Assembly: GCA_016928955.1 (NCBI GenBank)
Contig: JAFGJV010000055.1
Location: 1-37,100, forward strand
Direction: 5' to 3'
From: Spirochaetales bacterium
Lineage (GTDB): Bacteria > Spirochaetota > Spirochaetia > Treponematales > UBA12059
Length of the DNA stretch: 37,100 bases
The position numbers and the translations under genes were made by a program. The notes under the pieces are model-generated. The model was not told the DNA's origin. It saw only the letters and a program-made list of their open reading frames with translations, and searched no databases. Below, piece by piece: positions 9,230 to 18,200 of this stretch (its first letter is position 1; each line of letters opens with the position of its first letter).

Positions 9230-10162
9230 TTATTTGTAGGTGATGCGCGGGTCAAGGATGCCGTAAAGGACATCGACGATGAAGTTCGCGCTGATCAGGA
9301 TGAGGGAATACACGATGACGTCGCCCATGATAACCGTGTAGTCGCGGTTGAACGCAGACTGCACGAATATCTTGCCTATGCCCGGTATGTCAAAGATCCT
9401 TTCCACGACCACCGAGCCCGTCACGATGCCGGCAAAGGCCGGGCCTAGGTAGGTGACAACGGGCAGAAGGGCGCCCTTGAGCACGTGTTTGGTGATGACG
9501 ACGTTTTCCTTCAGACCTTTGGCGCGGGCCGTGCGTACATAGTCTGAGCGGATGACCTCAATGATGGAACCACGGGACATGCGCGCGATGTAGGCAAAGG
9601 GCGGCAGCATAAGCGTCATGACCGGCATCACCACTGTTGCCCAGCCCGCGCGGCTGCCTATCCAGCCTGAGGTCGGCAGCCAGTCCAGTATAAGCGCGAA
9701 CACGAGCATCAGGACCGGGCCGACCACGAACAAGGGTATGGATATACCCAACACGGCAACGGACATTGCCGCGTAGTCCTGCCATTTGTTTTGTTTCAGC
9801 GCGGATATTATGCCCACGAGCACGCCCAGAAAGGTGGCCACGGCGAGGGCCATCACGCCCAGGGTGAGCGACACGGGGAAGGTGGTGCCCAGGAGGTCGT
9901 TGACCGTCTGGTCCTTATACTTGAACGACGGTCCCAGGTCAAAGCGGAGCACATCGCCAAGGTAGCGGAAGTACTGCTGGGGAAGGGGCTCGTCCATGTG
10001 ATACTTTTTGAGCAGATTCTGAAGGATCTCCGGCGGAACCTTCTTCTCCCGGGCAAAGGGGCCACCGGGAGCCATGCGGATGAGGAAGAAGCTGAGCGTT
10101 ATGATCACGAACAAGGTCGGGATGGTGCTCAGCAGCCTGCGTACGATGAATCTGGTCATCAT
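9230..10162 (-). CDS. oppB: Oligopeptide ABC transporter permease
   Basis: RMAPGGPF, FDLGPSFKY, DYVRTARAKGL, ILDPRI. Confidence 0.95.
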   Translation of the reverse strand: MMTRFIVRRLLSTIPTLFVIITLSFFLIRMAPGGPFAREKKVPPEILQNLLKKYHMDEPLPQQYFRYLGDVLRFDLGPSFKYKDQTVNDLLGTTFPVSLTLGVMALAVATFLGVLVGIISALKQNKWQDYAAMSVAVLGISIPLFVVGPVLMLVFALILDWLPTSGWIGSRAGWATVVMPVMTLMLPPFAYIARMSRGSIIEVIRSDYVRTARAKGLKENVVITKHVLKGALLPVVTYLGPAFAGIVTGSVVVERIFDIPGIGKIFVQSAFNRDYTVIMGDVIVYSLILISANFIVDVLYGILDPRITYK

Positions 10163-10377
10163 GGCCTCGACTGAGAGGATTTCAAACCGCTGGTGGGGGA
10201 TGCGGTCCGACGCGGGCAGGTGGACCGATGCCGGTGGCAGGCGGACAACCGCGCCGCGAACTAGGGAAGTATATACTTCTTTGTCATTTCGCGCTACTGC
10301 TAAAGGGCGCTTATCTGAAAAGTAAAATCAGTTTTTAGAAATTGAAACGACTCGGTCGACCCTTGTGGAAGCAACCC

Positions 10378-10414
10378 AAAAAGCGGGCCGCCCCGGCATA
10401 TGCCGGGGCGGCCC
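10378..10414 (-). terminator. Terminator/stabilising hairpin between oppA and oppB
   Basis: 14-bp stem GGGCCGCCCCGGCA/TGCCGGGGCGGCCC followed on the minus strand by GC-TTTTT. Confidence 0.75.
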
Positions 10415-10457
10415 CGATCGCGCACGAGCGGCCGGATGGCCGTCCGTTACAGGAGTC

Positions 10458-12032
10458 TTACTCCTTGGGAGCGATGTACTTCCAGGGATGCGATCCGAGA
10501 GGATTCGGATACCAGCCGTCCCACTTGGACAGGTCGATGAGGTCCTGGTTCACATAGTGGTAGAACGGGATGACATGCTGGTCGTCCGTGATCATGATGG
10601 TCTCGGCCTGGCGCAGGCTCTCCATGCGCTCGGCGCCGGACTGGGTGGCCGCGAGGCGGACCAGTTCGTCGTAGGCGGGGCTGTTGTAGAGGCCGTCGTT
10701 CAGGCCGGAGTTGGCCAGGAACATGTCAAGGAAGGTGTTGGGATCCAGGTAGTCGCCCACCCAACCGGCGCGGCAGAAGTCAAAGTCGTGCAGGTTCTGG
10801 CGGATGTCCAGGAAGGTGCCCCATTCCTTGTTATCCAGGGAGATGGTGGTGATGCCAAGGTTCTGCTTCCAGGATTCCTGGGCCCACTCGGCGATCTTCT
10901 TGTGGCCTTCATTGGTGTTGTACAGGAGGGTGGTCTCGGGGAAGCCCTTACCGTTGGGGTAGCCGGCGTCAGCCAAGAGGCGCTTGGCTTCTTCGGGGTT
11001 GAAGGGGTTGCCGTCAACCGGGGTGTAGCCGGCCATGGCCGGAACCAGGCCGTTGGCGGGGATCTGGCCGCCCTTGAGCACCTTGTCCACCAGTTCCTGC
11101 ATGTCAAGGGCCATGGTCAGGGCCTTGCGGACGCGGACGTCTTTGAAGGGCTCGCGGGTCATGTTGAAGATGTAGTAGTAGGTGGCCACCTGGGGGTTGC
11201 CCTGGTAGTCCGGGCGGAGCTTGACTTCGTCGATCAGGTCAAGGGGAACGCCGGAGGCCCAGTCGATCTCGCCGGCCTTGAACTTGTTGTACGCGGTCAG
11301 CTGATCCTCGATGGGGAGGAAGGTGATCTTGGACAATTTGACGTTCTTGGCGTCCCAGTACTTGGTGTTCTTGACCACGGTCAGGGATTCCTGGGGCTTC
11401 CACTCCTGGAGCACGAAGGCGCCGTTGCTGACCATGTTCTCGGGCTTGATCCACTCGGTGCCCTTCTCGGCGATGACGTGCATCGGGAGGATGGCAAAAG
11501 CGTAGTGGGCCATCATGTCGACGGCGTAGGGCATGGGGCCGAGCAGGTCGACCTGGAAGGTGTAGTCGTCCAGGGCGCGGATGGCCACATCGGAAGCGGC
11601 GCCACCGCCGGTGTTGTAGGCTTCGGCGCCCTTCACGACCATGTTGACCATGTAGGCATACTCAGCGGCGGTATCCGGATGCAAGGTGCGCAGCCAGCTG
11701 TCAACCACGGTCTGGGCGGTGATGGGGGTACCATCTGACCAGGTGGACTTGCGGAGCTTGAACGTGACGGTCAGGCCGTCGGCGGACGTACTCCAGCTCT
11801 CGGCCACGCCGGGAGCCGCCAAGGAGGTCTTGGGATCGTAGGTCACCAGGCCATCGAACAGCGCCATGTAGATATGGTGCTCAGGGACGCCCGAAATGTT
11901 GGACGGGTCAAGGGTGGCGGGCTCGGCGCCGTTGTTCATGATGAACTCGGCTCCCTGGGCTCCACCGCCGCAGGACACGAAGAGGCTCGTCGCCAGCGCG
12001 ATCATAAGCACTGCAGACAGAACACGTTTCAT
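10458..12032 (-). CDS. oppA: Oligopeptide ABC transporter substrate-binding lipoprotein
   Basis: Signal peptide with LFVSC lipobox; NNGAEPATLDP, APGVAESW, WSDGTPITA, RAGWVGDY; AGGAGG RBS. Confidence 0.95.
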   Translation of the reverse strand: MKRVLSAVLMIALATSLFVSCGGGAQGAEFIMNNGAEPATLDPSNISGVPEHHIYMALFDGLVTYDPKTSLAAPGVAESWSTSADGLTVTFKLRKSTWSDGTPITAQTVVDSWLRTLHPDTAAEYAYMVNMVVKGAEAYNTGGGAASDVAIRALDDYTFQVDLLGPMPYAVDMMAHYAFAILPMHVIAEKGTEWIKPENMVSNGAFVLQEWKPQESLTVVKNTKYWDAKNVKLSKITFLPIEDQLTAYNKFKAGEIDWASGVPLDLIDEVKLRPDYQGNPQVATYYYIFNMTREPFKDVRVRKALTMALDMQELVDKVLKGGQIPANGLVPAMAGYTPVDGNPFNPEEAKRLLADAGYPNGKGFPETTLLYNTNEGHKKIAEWAQESWKQNLGITTISLDNKEWGTFLDIRQNLHDFDFCRAGWVGDYLDPNTFLDMFLANSGLNDGLYNSPAYDELVRLAATQSGAERMESLRQAETIMITDDQHVIPFYHYVNQDLIDLSKWDGWYPNPLGSHPWKYIAPKE

Positions 12033-12060
12033 GGTTCCTCCTTACGGAACTAGTTGCGAC

Positions 12061-12090
12061 ATTGTACGCCCAGGTTATTAAACTTGACAA
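12061..12090 (-). promoter_or_regulatory. Sigma70-type promoter of oppA
   Basis: Minus strand TTGTCA-18 nt-TACAAT about 30 nt upstream of the oppA ATG. Confidence 0.6.
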
Positions 12091-12142
12091 GCGTTTTAGC
12101 CATTTAATTACCACAGCCATTTACTGAAACGGTTTAGCAGAC

Positions 12143-12179
12143 AAAAAGGCCGCTTCCGGTCGGAAACCGGAAGCGGCCT
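12143..12179 (-). terminator. Rho-independent terminator of hsp20
   Basis: Stem AGGCCGCTTCCGGT/ACCGGAAGCGGCCT with T-tail on the minus strand. Confidence 0.85.
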
Positions 12180-12199
12180 GCAGCTGGAAAAAGGCCGGA

Positions 12200-12643
12200 T
12201 CAGCCGCGGCTGATGGCTATGGTCTTTTCCTGGGCCTCGGGGCGCTTGGGCATGGATACGGTCAAGAGGCCGTCCTTGAAGCTGGCGCCTATCTTCTCCG
12301 CGTCCACATTGCGCGGCAGGGTGAAGGCCCTGCGGAAGGCGCGGACGCCGCGCTCGCGGATCAGCCACACGCCGTCGCGCTCTTCCTTCTTGTCTTCTTC
12401 CTTTACGGAAGCAATGGACAGCACCCTGTCGTTGACCTTTATGGCCACATCTTTCTCCCCGAGTCCGGGAAGCTCGGCCTCAAGCACGTAGCGCTCTTTT
12501 TCCTCGCGGACATCCACCGGCGGGTACCCCGCGCTTGCCATGCCCGTGTAGCTTTCGCGGCCAAGGAAATCGCCAAGCATGCGGTCCCAGTCGTCAAAAA
12601 TGGACAGGACGGAATCGGGATTGTACGTGACTACGCTCTTCAT
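12200..12643 (-). CDS. Hsp20/alpha-crystallin small heat-shock protein
   Basis: Start at MKSVV after GAGGAGG. PPVDVRE, AELPG, F.R.F.LP..VD...I.ASFKDGLLTVSMPK motifs. Confidence 0.93.
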   Translation of the reverse strand: MKSVVTYNPDSVLSIFDDWDRMLGDFLGRESYTGMASAGYPPVDVREEKERYVLEAELPGLGEKDVAIKVNDRVLSIASVKEEDKKEERDGVWLIRERGVRAFRRAFTLPRNVDAEKIGASFKDGLLTVSMPKRPEAQEKTIAISRG

Positions 12644-12723
12644 AGTGTGCCTCCTCACTACGTTGTGTTCGTTTGTGTCGCGACCCTTGTGGCATTGGCC
12701 ACTGTCGCGTTCGTAAATATATA

Positions 12724-12740
12724 TGCAATAAGCGTGCCAA
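12724..12740 (-). promoter_or_regulatory. Sigma54 (-24/-12) promoter of hsp20
   Basis: Minus strand TTGGCACGCTTATTGCA matches TGGCACG-N4-TTGC exactly, about 80 nt upstream of the start. Confidence 0.85.
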
Positions 12741-12924
12741 AATAACATTAAACTTGTATTGAGGCGCACCGTCCGTTGTCAAAGCGTCGCCAGGTAAGAT
12801 ATGAGTAATTCTATTATATAAAAACAATTAACTGTAGAATTATAAGGTGGTATGTGTCGTCCCGAGAAAAAAAACGTGCGTGGTGTTGAGAACGCAGGCA
12901 CGTATACCACCAGTCATGAGTTTG

Positions 12925-12987
12925 GTGTATCATAACGAAACAACGTGTGTGGCTATTATTTTCCTGCTAGTGTATCAAAAATAAACA
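12925..12987. promoter_or_regulatory. Candidate tandem upstream activator sites (TGT-N11-ACA) for a sigma54 enhancer-binding protein
   Basis: GTGTATCATAACGAAACA (12925-12942) and GTGTATCAAAAATAAACA (12970-12987), 45 bp apart, in an AT-rich region upstream of the -24/-12 box. Confidence 0.5.
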
Positions 12988-13063
12988 CTATTTTTAGATG
13001 GGACGCTGCCCTGTGTCTCCCGGAAACTGGAACGCCGAGCCCGGTCGGCCTTCCGCCTTCCTG

Positions 13064-13471
13064 CTAGTGGGTCTGTCTGCCAGCGGGCGGCCGACGCACA
13101 AACAAGGGTATGTGGGCTCTTTCCTGGCCGTCTATGGCCAGGCTTACACGCCAGCTGCCCTCGTGCTCAAGTCGCAGGTTGAACAGGTTCAGGGTCATAT
13201 TTGCGCAGGCGGAGTCGCCTCCTATGCCGTTGACGTTCAGCTCGCCCTTGAGCGGGGGCACGAGCTGGGCTCCGTCGGCGTCCGTTATGTCGACGCTTAC
13301 CTGGTGGGCCCCCAGCTCGTATACGGGAAAACGGATGCGCGCTGCCACGCAGAGCAGGGGGTGGGTGGCCGGGAAATCGCGCACGGTTACCGCGTCAAAA
13401 CAGCCCACCACGGTAAGTTTTCCCATCATATCCTGGGCAAAATCGCACAAGGTCAGCACTTCAACGGTCAT
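13064..13471 (-). CDS. Small beta-sandwich hypothetical protein (DUF6941-like)
   Basis: LTLCDFA...GKLTVVGCFD....FPATHP and G.WRV.L..DG pattern recalled for this family; GGAG-type RBS upstream. Confidence 0.65.
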   Translation of the reverse strand: MTVEVLTLCDFAQDMMGKLTVVGCFDAVTVRDFPATHPLLCVAARIRFPVYELGAHQVSVDITDADGAQLVPPLKGELNVNGIGGDSACANMTLNLFNLRLEHEGSWRVSLAIDGQERAHIPLFVRRPPAGRQTH

Positions 13472-13483
13472 GACGAGCTCCCT

Positions 13484-13960
13484 TCAGGGAATAACCTGAA
13501 ATTCAGTGAAGTACACGGTGTCCAAAGCGCCGAGCACAAGAATGGCATTGAGGCGGTCTCGAAGCCCGGCCTTGACGGCGCCTTCTCCGCCTTCCTGGAT
13601 GGTGCCTGAGTCCACGGATTCCAGGAGTTCCCGGGCCAGGGCCTTGAGTTCGGTCCTCTTGCCGGCAAGTTCCTCGCGGAATGCCCGATCGGCGCCGCTG
13701 TAGGGCAGCACGATGCGCGCCACGACGACGGAACCGTCAGCCGCCTCGGCCCTGAGCCTGCCAAGATCCAGCCACTGGTCCTGGCCAGAGGCGTCCGGTT
13801 CCGATGCCGCCAGGGCCGAACGTATGGCCTTTTTGGCGGGAAGTCCGGCCGCCAGGGCATACACAGTCCCGGCCGCCAGTACCACGGCCAGGCAAGCGGC
13901 CACCGCGCCAAGGACGCGTTCTATCCGGCGTGGGCCGGGTTTTTGGGTTTCGTCACTCAT
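13484..13960 (-). CDS. fliL: Flagellar basal body-associated FliL family protein
   Basis: Single N-terminal TM helix; C-terminal LRDRLNAILVLGALDTVYFTEF is typical of FliL. Start overlaps the MFS stop. Confidence 0.7.
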   Translation of the reverse strand: MSDETQKPGPRRIERVLGAVAACLAVVLAAGTVYALAAGLPAKKAIRSALAASEPDASGQDQWLDLGRLRAEAADGSVVVARIVLPYSGADRAFREELAGKRTELKALARELLESVDSGTIQEGGEGAVKAGLRDRLNAILVLGALDTVYFTEFQVIP

Positions 13961-15180
13961 GCGCGCTCCACGGACCTTTCCGGGCCGGCAAGGCGGCCGG
14001 CCTTCGTGTTGATGGCCACCATTATGCCCACGCCCCCCAGTATGGCGGTAGTAATGAAGAAAATCGAGCTATAGCCGGCTCCCAAAGCCATGACCGTCCC
14101 CAAGGCTGGGCCCAGCGCCATGCCTGCGCTGGATATGGACGCAGACAGCCCGTAGGTCGCCCCCTGCTTGCCCCGCTCGCACAGACGCGCTATCAGGGCG
14201 TTCACGTTGGGCATGGTGCCGCCCAGGCATAGGCCGCTTCCAAAGCGCAAGGCCAGGAGTATCCACGGCGAGCGGACAAAGCCCTGGGGCAGGTAAAACA
14301 GAAAGGCGCCCGCCATGCTCAAGATCAGGGTCCTGGCCGAGCCGGCGCGTATGGATATACGGCCTATCAGCACGGCGCCCAGGGCGCCCGCCACGCCAGT
14401 GGTCGTTATGATGGTGCCCGACATCATGGTTGCCTGGGCCTCCGTGGCCACCACGGAGCGTATGTACAGGGGAAGCATGGGAGCCACCACCGAGTTGGCG
14501 AACTGGAACAGGAATACCACGGCCAGGAGGGGCAGGAGGGCCGGCGTGCGCACGAGGGGCGAAAAGTCAGGCAGTATCCGCGACACGAGCGAGCCGGTGG
14601 ACGGTTTAGGCGCGAATTCCTCCTTGGCAAAAACGATGATGACCAGTCCGGCGGCCATGAGCAGGCCGCTGGTTACCAGGAAGTTCCCGCGATAGCCCGT
14701 GTGCACGGCCAGGGAGCTTCCTATGATGGGCCCCAGCGAGTTGCCCAGGTAGACGGCCATCTGCATGAGCCCAAGGCGGTAGCCCGTTTCCTTTTCCGGT
14801 ACCAGCGACGCGGTGAACACGTTGGCCGCTGCCACGGTGCCTGTCACCGAACCCTGGACGGTGCGCAGGAGCGCCACCTGCCAGGGTTCCGTGGTCAGGG
14901 ACAAAAGGCCTATGAGGAGCGAGCCGCCGAACATGGCGCGCATCAGCATGGGCTTGCGCCCCACGCGGTCGGCAAGGCCGCCCCAAATGGGCGCGAATAT
15001 GGCCATGGCCAGGGACGCGCCGGTGTGCGTGGCGCCTGTCCAGAATTTGAGCGCAGCCTCGTCCCCAAGGCCCAGGCTGGCCAGGTAGTAGGCTATGATG
15101 GGCGTGGTGGTGGCAAAGCCGGCTATGGCTATGAACTCCGCCACCCATACGGCCCAAAACGTCCGCTTCCATTGTTCCAT
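13957..15180 (-). CDS. MFS transporter (DHA1/MdtG-like)
   Basis: About 12 TM helices; PIWGGLADRVGRKPMLMRA motif A; start at MEQWKRT. Confidence 0.9.
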   Translation of the reverse strand: MEQWKRTFWAVWVAEFIAIAGFATTTPIIAYYLASLGLGDEAALKFWTGATHTGASLAMAIFAPIWGGLADRVGRKPMLMRAMFGGSLLIGLLSLTTEPWQVALLRTVQGSVTGTVAAANVFTASLVPEKETGYRLGLMQMAVYLGNSLGPIIGSSLAVHTGYRGNFLVTSGLLMAAGLVIIVFAKEEFAPKPSTGSLVSRILPDFSPLVRTPALLPLLAVVFLFQFANSVVAPMLPLYIRSVVATEAQATMMSGTIITTTGVAGALGAVLIGRISIRAGSARTLILSMAGAFLFYLPQGFVRSPWILLALRFGSGLCLGGTMPNVNALIARLCERGKQGATYGLSASISSAGMALGPALGTVMALGAGYSSIFFITTAILGGVGIMVAINTKAGRLAGPERSVERA

Positions 15181-15235
15181 GCGTCCGCCCATCATAGCGG
15201 CGTGGGCGGACGCGGGCAAGGGCGCCCGGCGAGCC

Positions 15236-18200
15236 TCAGGGCGCTATCAGGTCGGTCACCGGCACCGTGCCCGACAGCTCGAAACCAAGCGTCCAGTACG
15301 CGTCGCCAGACGAGGGGAAGGCCTGGGTCAGGAAGGCCCTGCCGCCGAACGTGGCGTCCCTCCTGGTCCATTCCAGGCGCAGGTCCGCCTGGACCAGGGG
15401 ATAAAACTCGTCTGCGTCTGCGTATATGCCGCCGGCCACCCGGCCTATGAAGCCCAGGACGCCGCCTCCCGACAGGCCCGGCCAGGACAGCAGGGTAAGG
15501 GCCAGGCGCGCGTTCAGGGCCTGGTCGGGGGCGTAGTACAGGCGCGGCTCGTGGTCAAAGGCGTGCTCAAAACTGAGTTCGGCTGCGGCCAGCAGGTTGG
15601 TCCACGGCGAGTCGTCCAGGTGGAAACCCAGGGCAAGCTCGCCCAGGCCCGTGGCTATCAGCCGCGGGTCCTCGGCCAGCCCTTCCAGGATCACGTCGTC
15701 CAGGCGGCCGTACAGGCGCGCATAGCTGAAATCCATGAAGGGCAGGGTGACTGATGCGTCCGCGCTGGCCCGGTACATGAGCGGGCGGCCAGGCACCAGG
15801 GACTCGTCCATGAGGCGCAGGGACGCCCCCGCTGACAGGCTTGATCCGTCCGAGCCCAGAACCAGGCGGATGTCGGCGCGCGGGTACACGTCCCGGCCGC
15901 TCAGGGCGTCCAGGATGCCCTCGCCTGACACGGGGTAGCCGGCGCTACCGCGACGGTCGACGATGGTGGCGCCCAGCTCGGCGGCGACCTTCACGGGCGA
16001 GGACGGCAAGCCAAGGCGCAAACGGGCGCCGGCGTCCATCCAGGAAGCCGAGGACGGGTCCTCGGTAACGGTGACCGTGCCTCCCATGCCGTCGTCCACC
16101 AGGAAGCTGCGCGCGGTATAGCGTCGCACGTCCCTGCCGCTCAGGGCCAGGGTAAGCTCGAGCGAGCTGGCAAGCCCGAGCGACCAGGACGAGCCCGCGT
16201 CGAACACCGATACCAGAGGATCCACGTACCCGGTGGCCGTGGCGGCCAGGCTGTCCGCGTTGGACCGCGCCAGCGCGTTGTGGAAACCCTGGACATTGGC
16301 GTAGGAAGGATCCAGCTCGTACACGCGGCGGTACAGGCGCATGGCCTCCACCCAGTCGCCCGCGCGTTGCCGCAGGTTGGCCAGGGCGAACACGGCGGCC
16401 GCGTCGCCAGGGTCGCTTTGAAGCGCGGTCCGGAACTGGGCAGACGCCCGCTCAAGCCGCCCGTCCGCCAGATGGAAGGAGCCAAGCTCCCGCCGGAGGC
16501 TGACCAGGTCCCGCTCGACCTCGCGGAAGAGCCGCTGGTCGCGAGCGTCGCCAAGAGCCAGAGCGTCCCTGGCCAGGACGTCAAGGCTCTTTATGGTTGA
16601 CGGCAGGGCCTCAAGCAGGGCGTCAATGGCGGCAAGGGCTAGAGGGGCCCCGGAAAAGGCGCTGGCGCCGGACGGGAGCCCCTCGGATGCGGGGCGCAGG
16701 ACGCCGGCAAGCAGGCGCATACCTTCGCTGCCGCCCGGGGCCAAGGCGTCCGCCAGGGATAGCGCTTCCTGGCGTCGGTCCAGCGCGAGTGCCGCCTTTA
16801 AGGCGCCAAAACGCAAGGACGGCGAATCCGGCTGGGCCAGGGCCGCGTAGGCCAGCCCCAGCTCGGTCCTGGAAGGAACCGGGCCGGGCAGGCGCGTCCG
16901 TACGAACCAGGCCACGGGATCGCCGGCTTTGAGGGCGGAGGCCAGGTCGTCCAGCCACACCTGCCTGTCCAGGGTCCAGCCGGACGCAGAGCGTTCCAGC
17001 TCAAAGGCGTCCGCCAAGGGCTTGTCCGCCTGCCTGAGCTGGTCCAGGGTCAGGGCCAGGGCCGCCGCCCTGTCTGCCAGGGCCTGATCCCAGCGCAGGG
17101 CGGCCGTTTCTGCGACCAGGGCGTCGTCCATGGCCTGGGCGCTCCGTTCGGCTTCTACTTTCAGCTCTTCCCGGTCAGGTTCCTTGGCCAGGCGGGCCGC
17201 TGCGGCCTCAGCAGCGTCAACGGCGGCTTTGAGGCGGCGTCCGCGTTCGGGCAGCTGTTGCCTGGCGTCATCGGCCCACAGCCTGAGGGCCATAAGCTCG
17301 GCCTGGAAGTCGGCAAGATCGGGCGACGCTCTATCCGCGGCGGCTATCACGTCATAGGCCCGGGCGGCAAGGAGGCCCTCAAAGGCGGCTATGGCCTCGG
17401 CACGGCGGCCGTGCCAGAACAAGGCTTGCACGCGGAGGTTCCTGAGGCCTATGTCGTCCGGCCGGGCGGCCGCGTCCGCGGCCAACGTATCAAGATAGGC
17501 GCGCGGCGCCTTGATGACGGCTTCCTCCCGGCTGGCGTAGTCCAGGTAGTCCGCGCCTGGCTCGTAGTCTTTCCGGGCCTTGGACAGTACGGCGTCCGCC
17601 CCTGCCTGGTCGCCGGAGCGTTCCAGCGCCGCTGCCAGGGCGTAGCGGAGGGCGGCCTGGGCGGGATGGGCCTTGACGGCGGCGGCAAGCAGGGCGGCTG
17701 CCCGGTCGGGGTAGCCCGAAACCACAAAGGACGCGGCCAGGTCCAGGGCCCGCCGGGGCTCGGCAAGAGCAAGGCGCTCGGCTTCCTTAAGGACGCGCTC
17801 GCCCTGGTCGCCCTGCCCGGACCATATCAGGGCAAGCCCGTAGTCCACGGTCAGGGTGGGGTCATCGGGGAAAAAGGCCAAAGCGGTCCGGTACAGGGCT
17901 ATGGACCGGGCGTAGTCGCTTCTCCACGCTGCCGTCTTTGCTGCCTCCTGCCAGCCGGCAAGGTTGTCCGGATCCAGGGCCAGGCCGCGTTCCCAGGCCA
18001 TGAGGCCGCCGGTCACGTCGTCCAGGCCCAGGCGGGCGCGGGCAAGGGCCTTCAAAAAGCGCGCCGAGTCCGGAAACAGGTCGGACGCGCGCTGGGCGTG
18101 GCGCGCCGCCGACGAATAGTCGCCCAGGGCAAAGGCCGTCTCCAGGAGGGCCGCGTGGGCGTCGCGGTCGCCGGGATTGGCACGGATCAGGCGCTCGTAC

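Noticed and set aside
12641..12800. CIRCE element upstream of hsp20
   Set aside because: No TTAGCACTC-N9-GAGTGCTAA; the TGGCAC there belongs to a sigma54 box.
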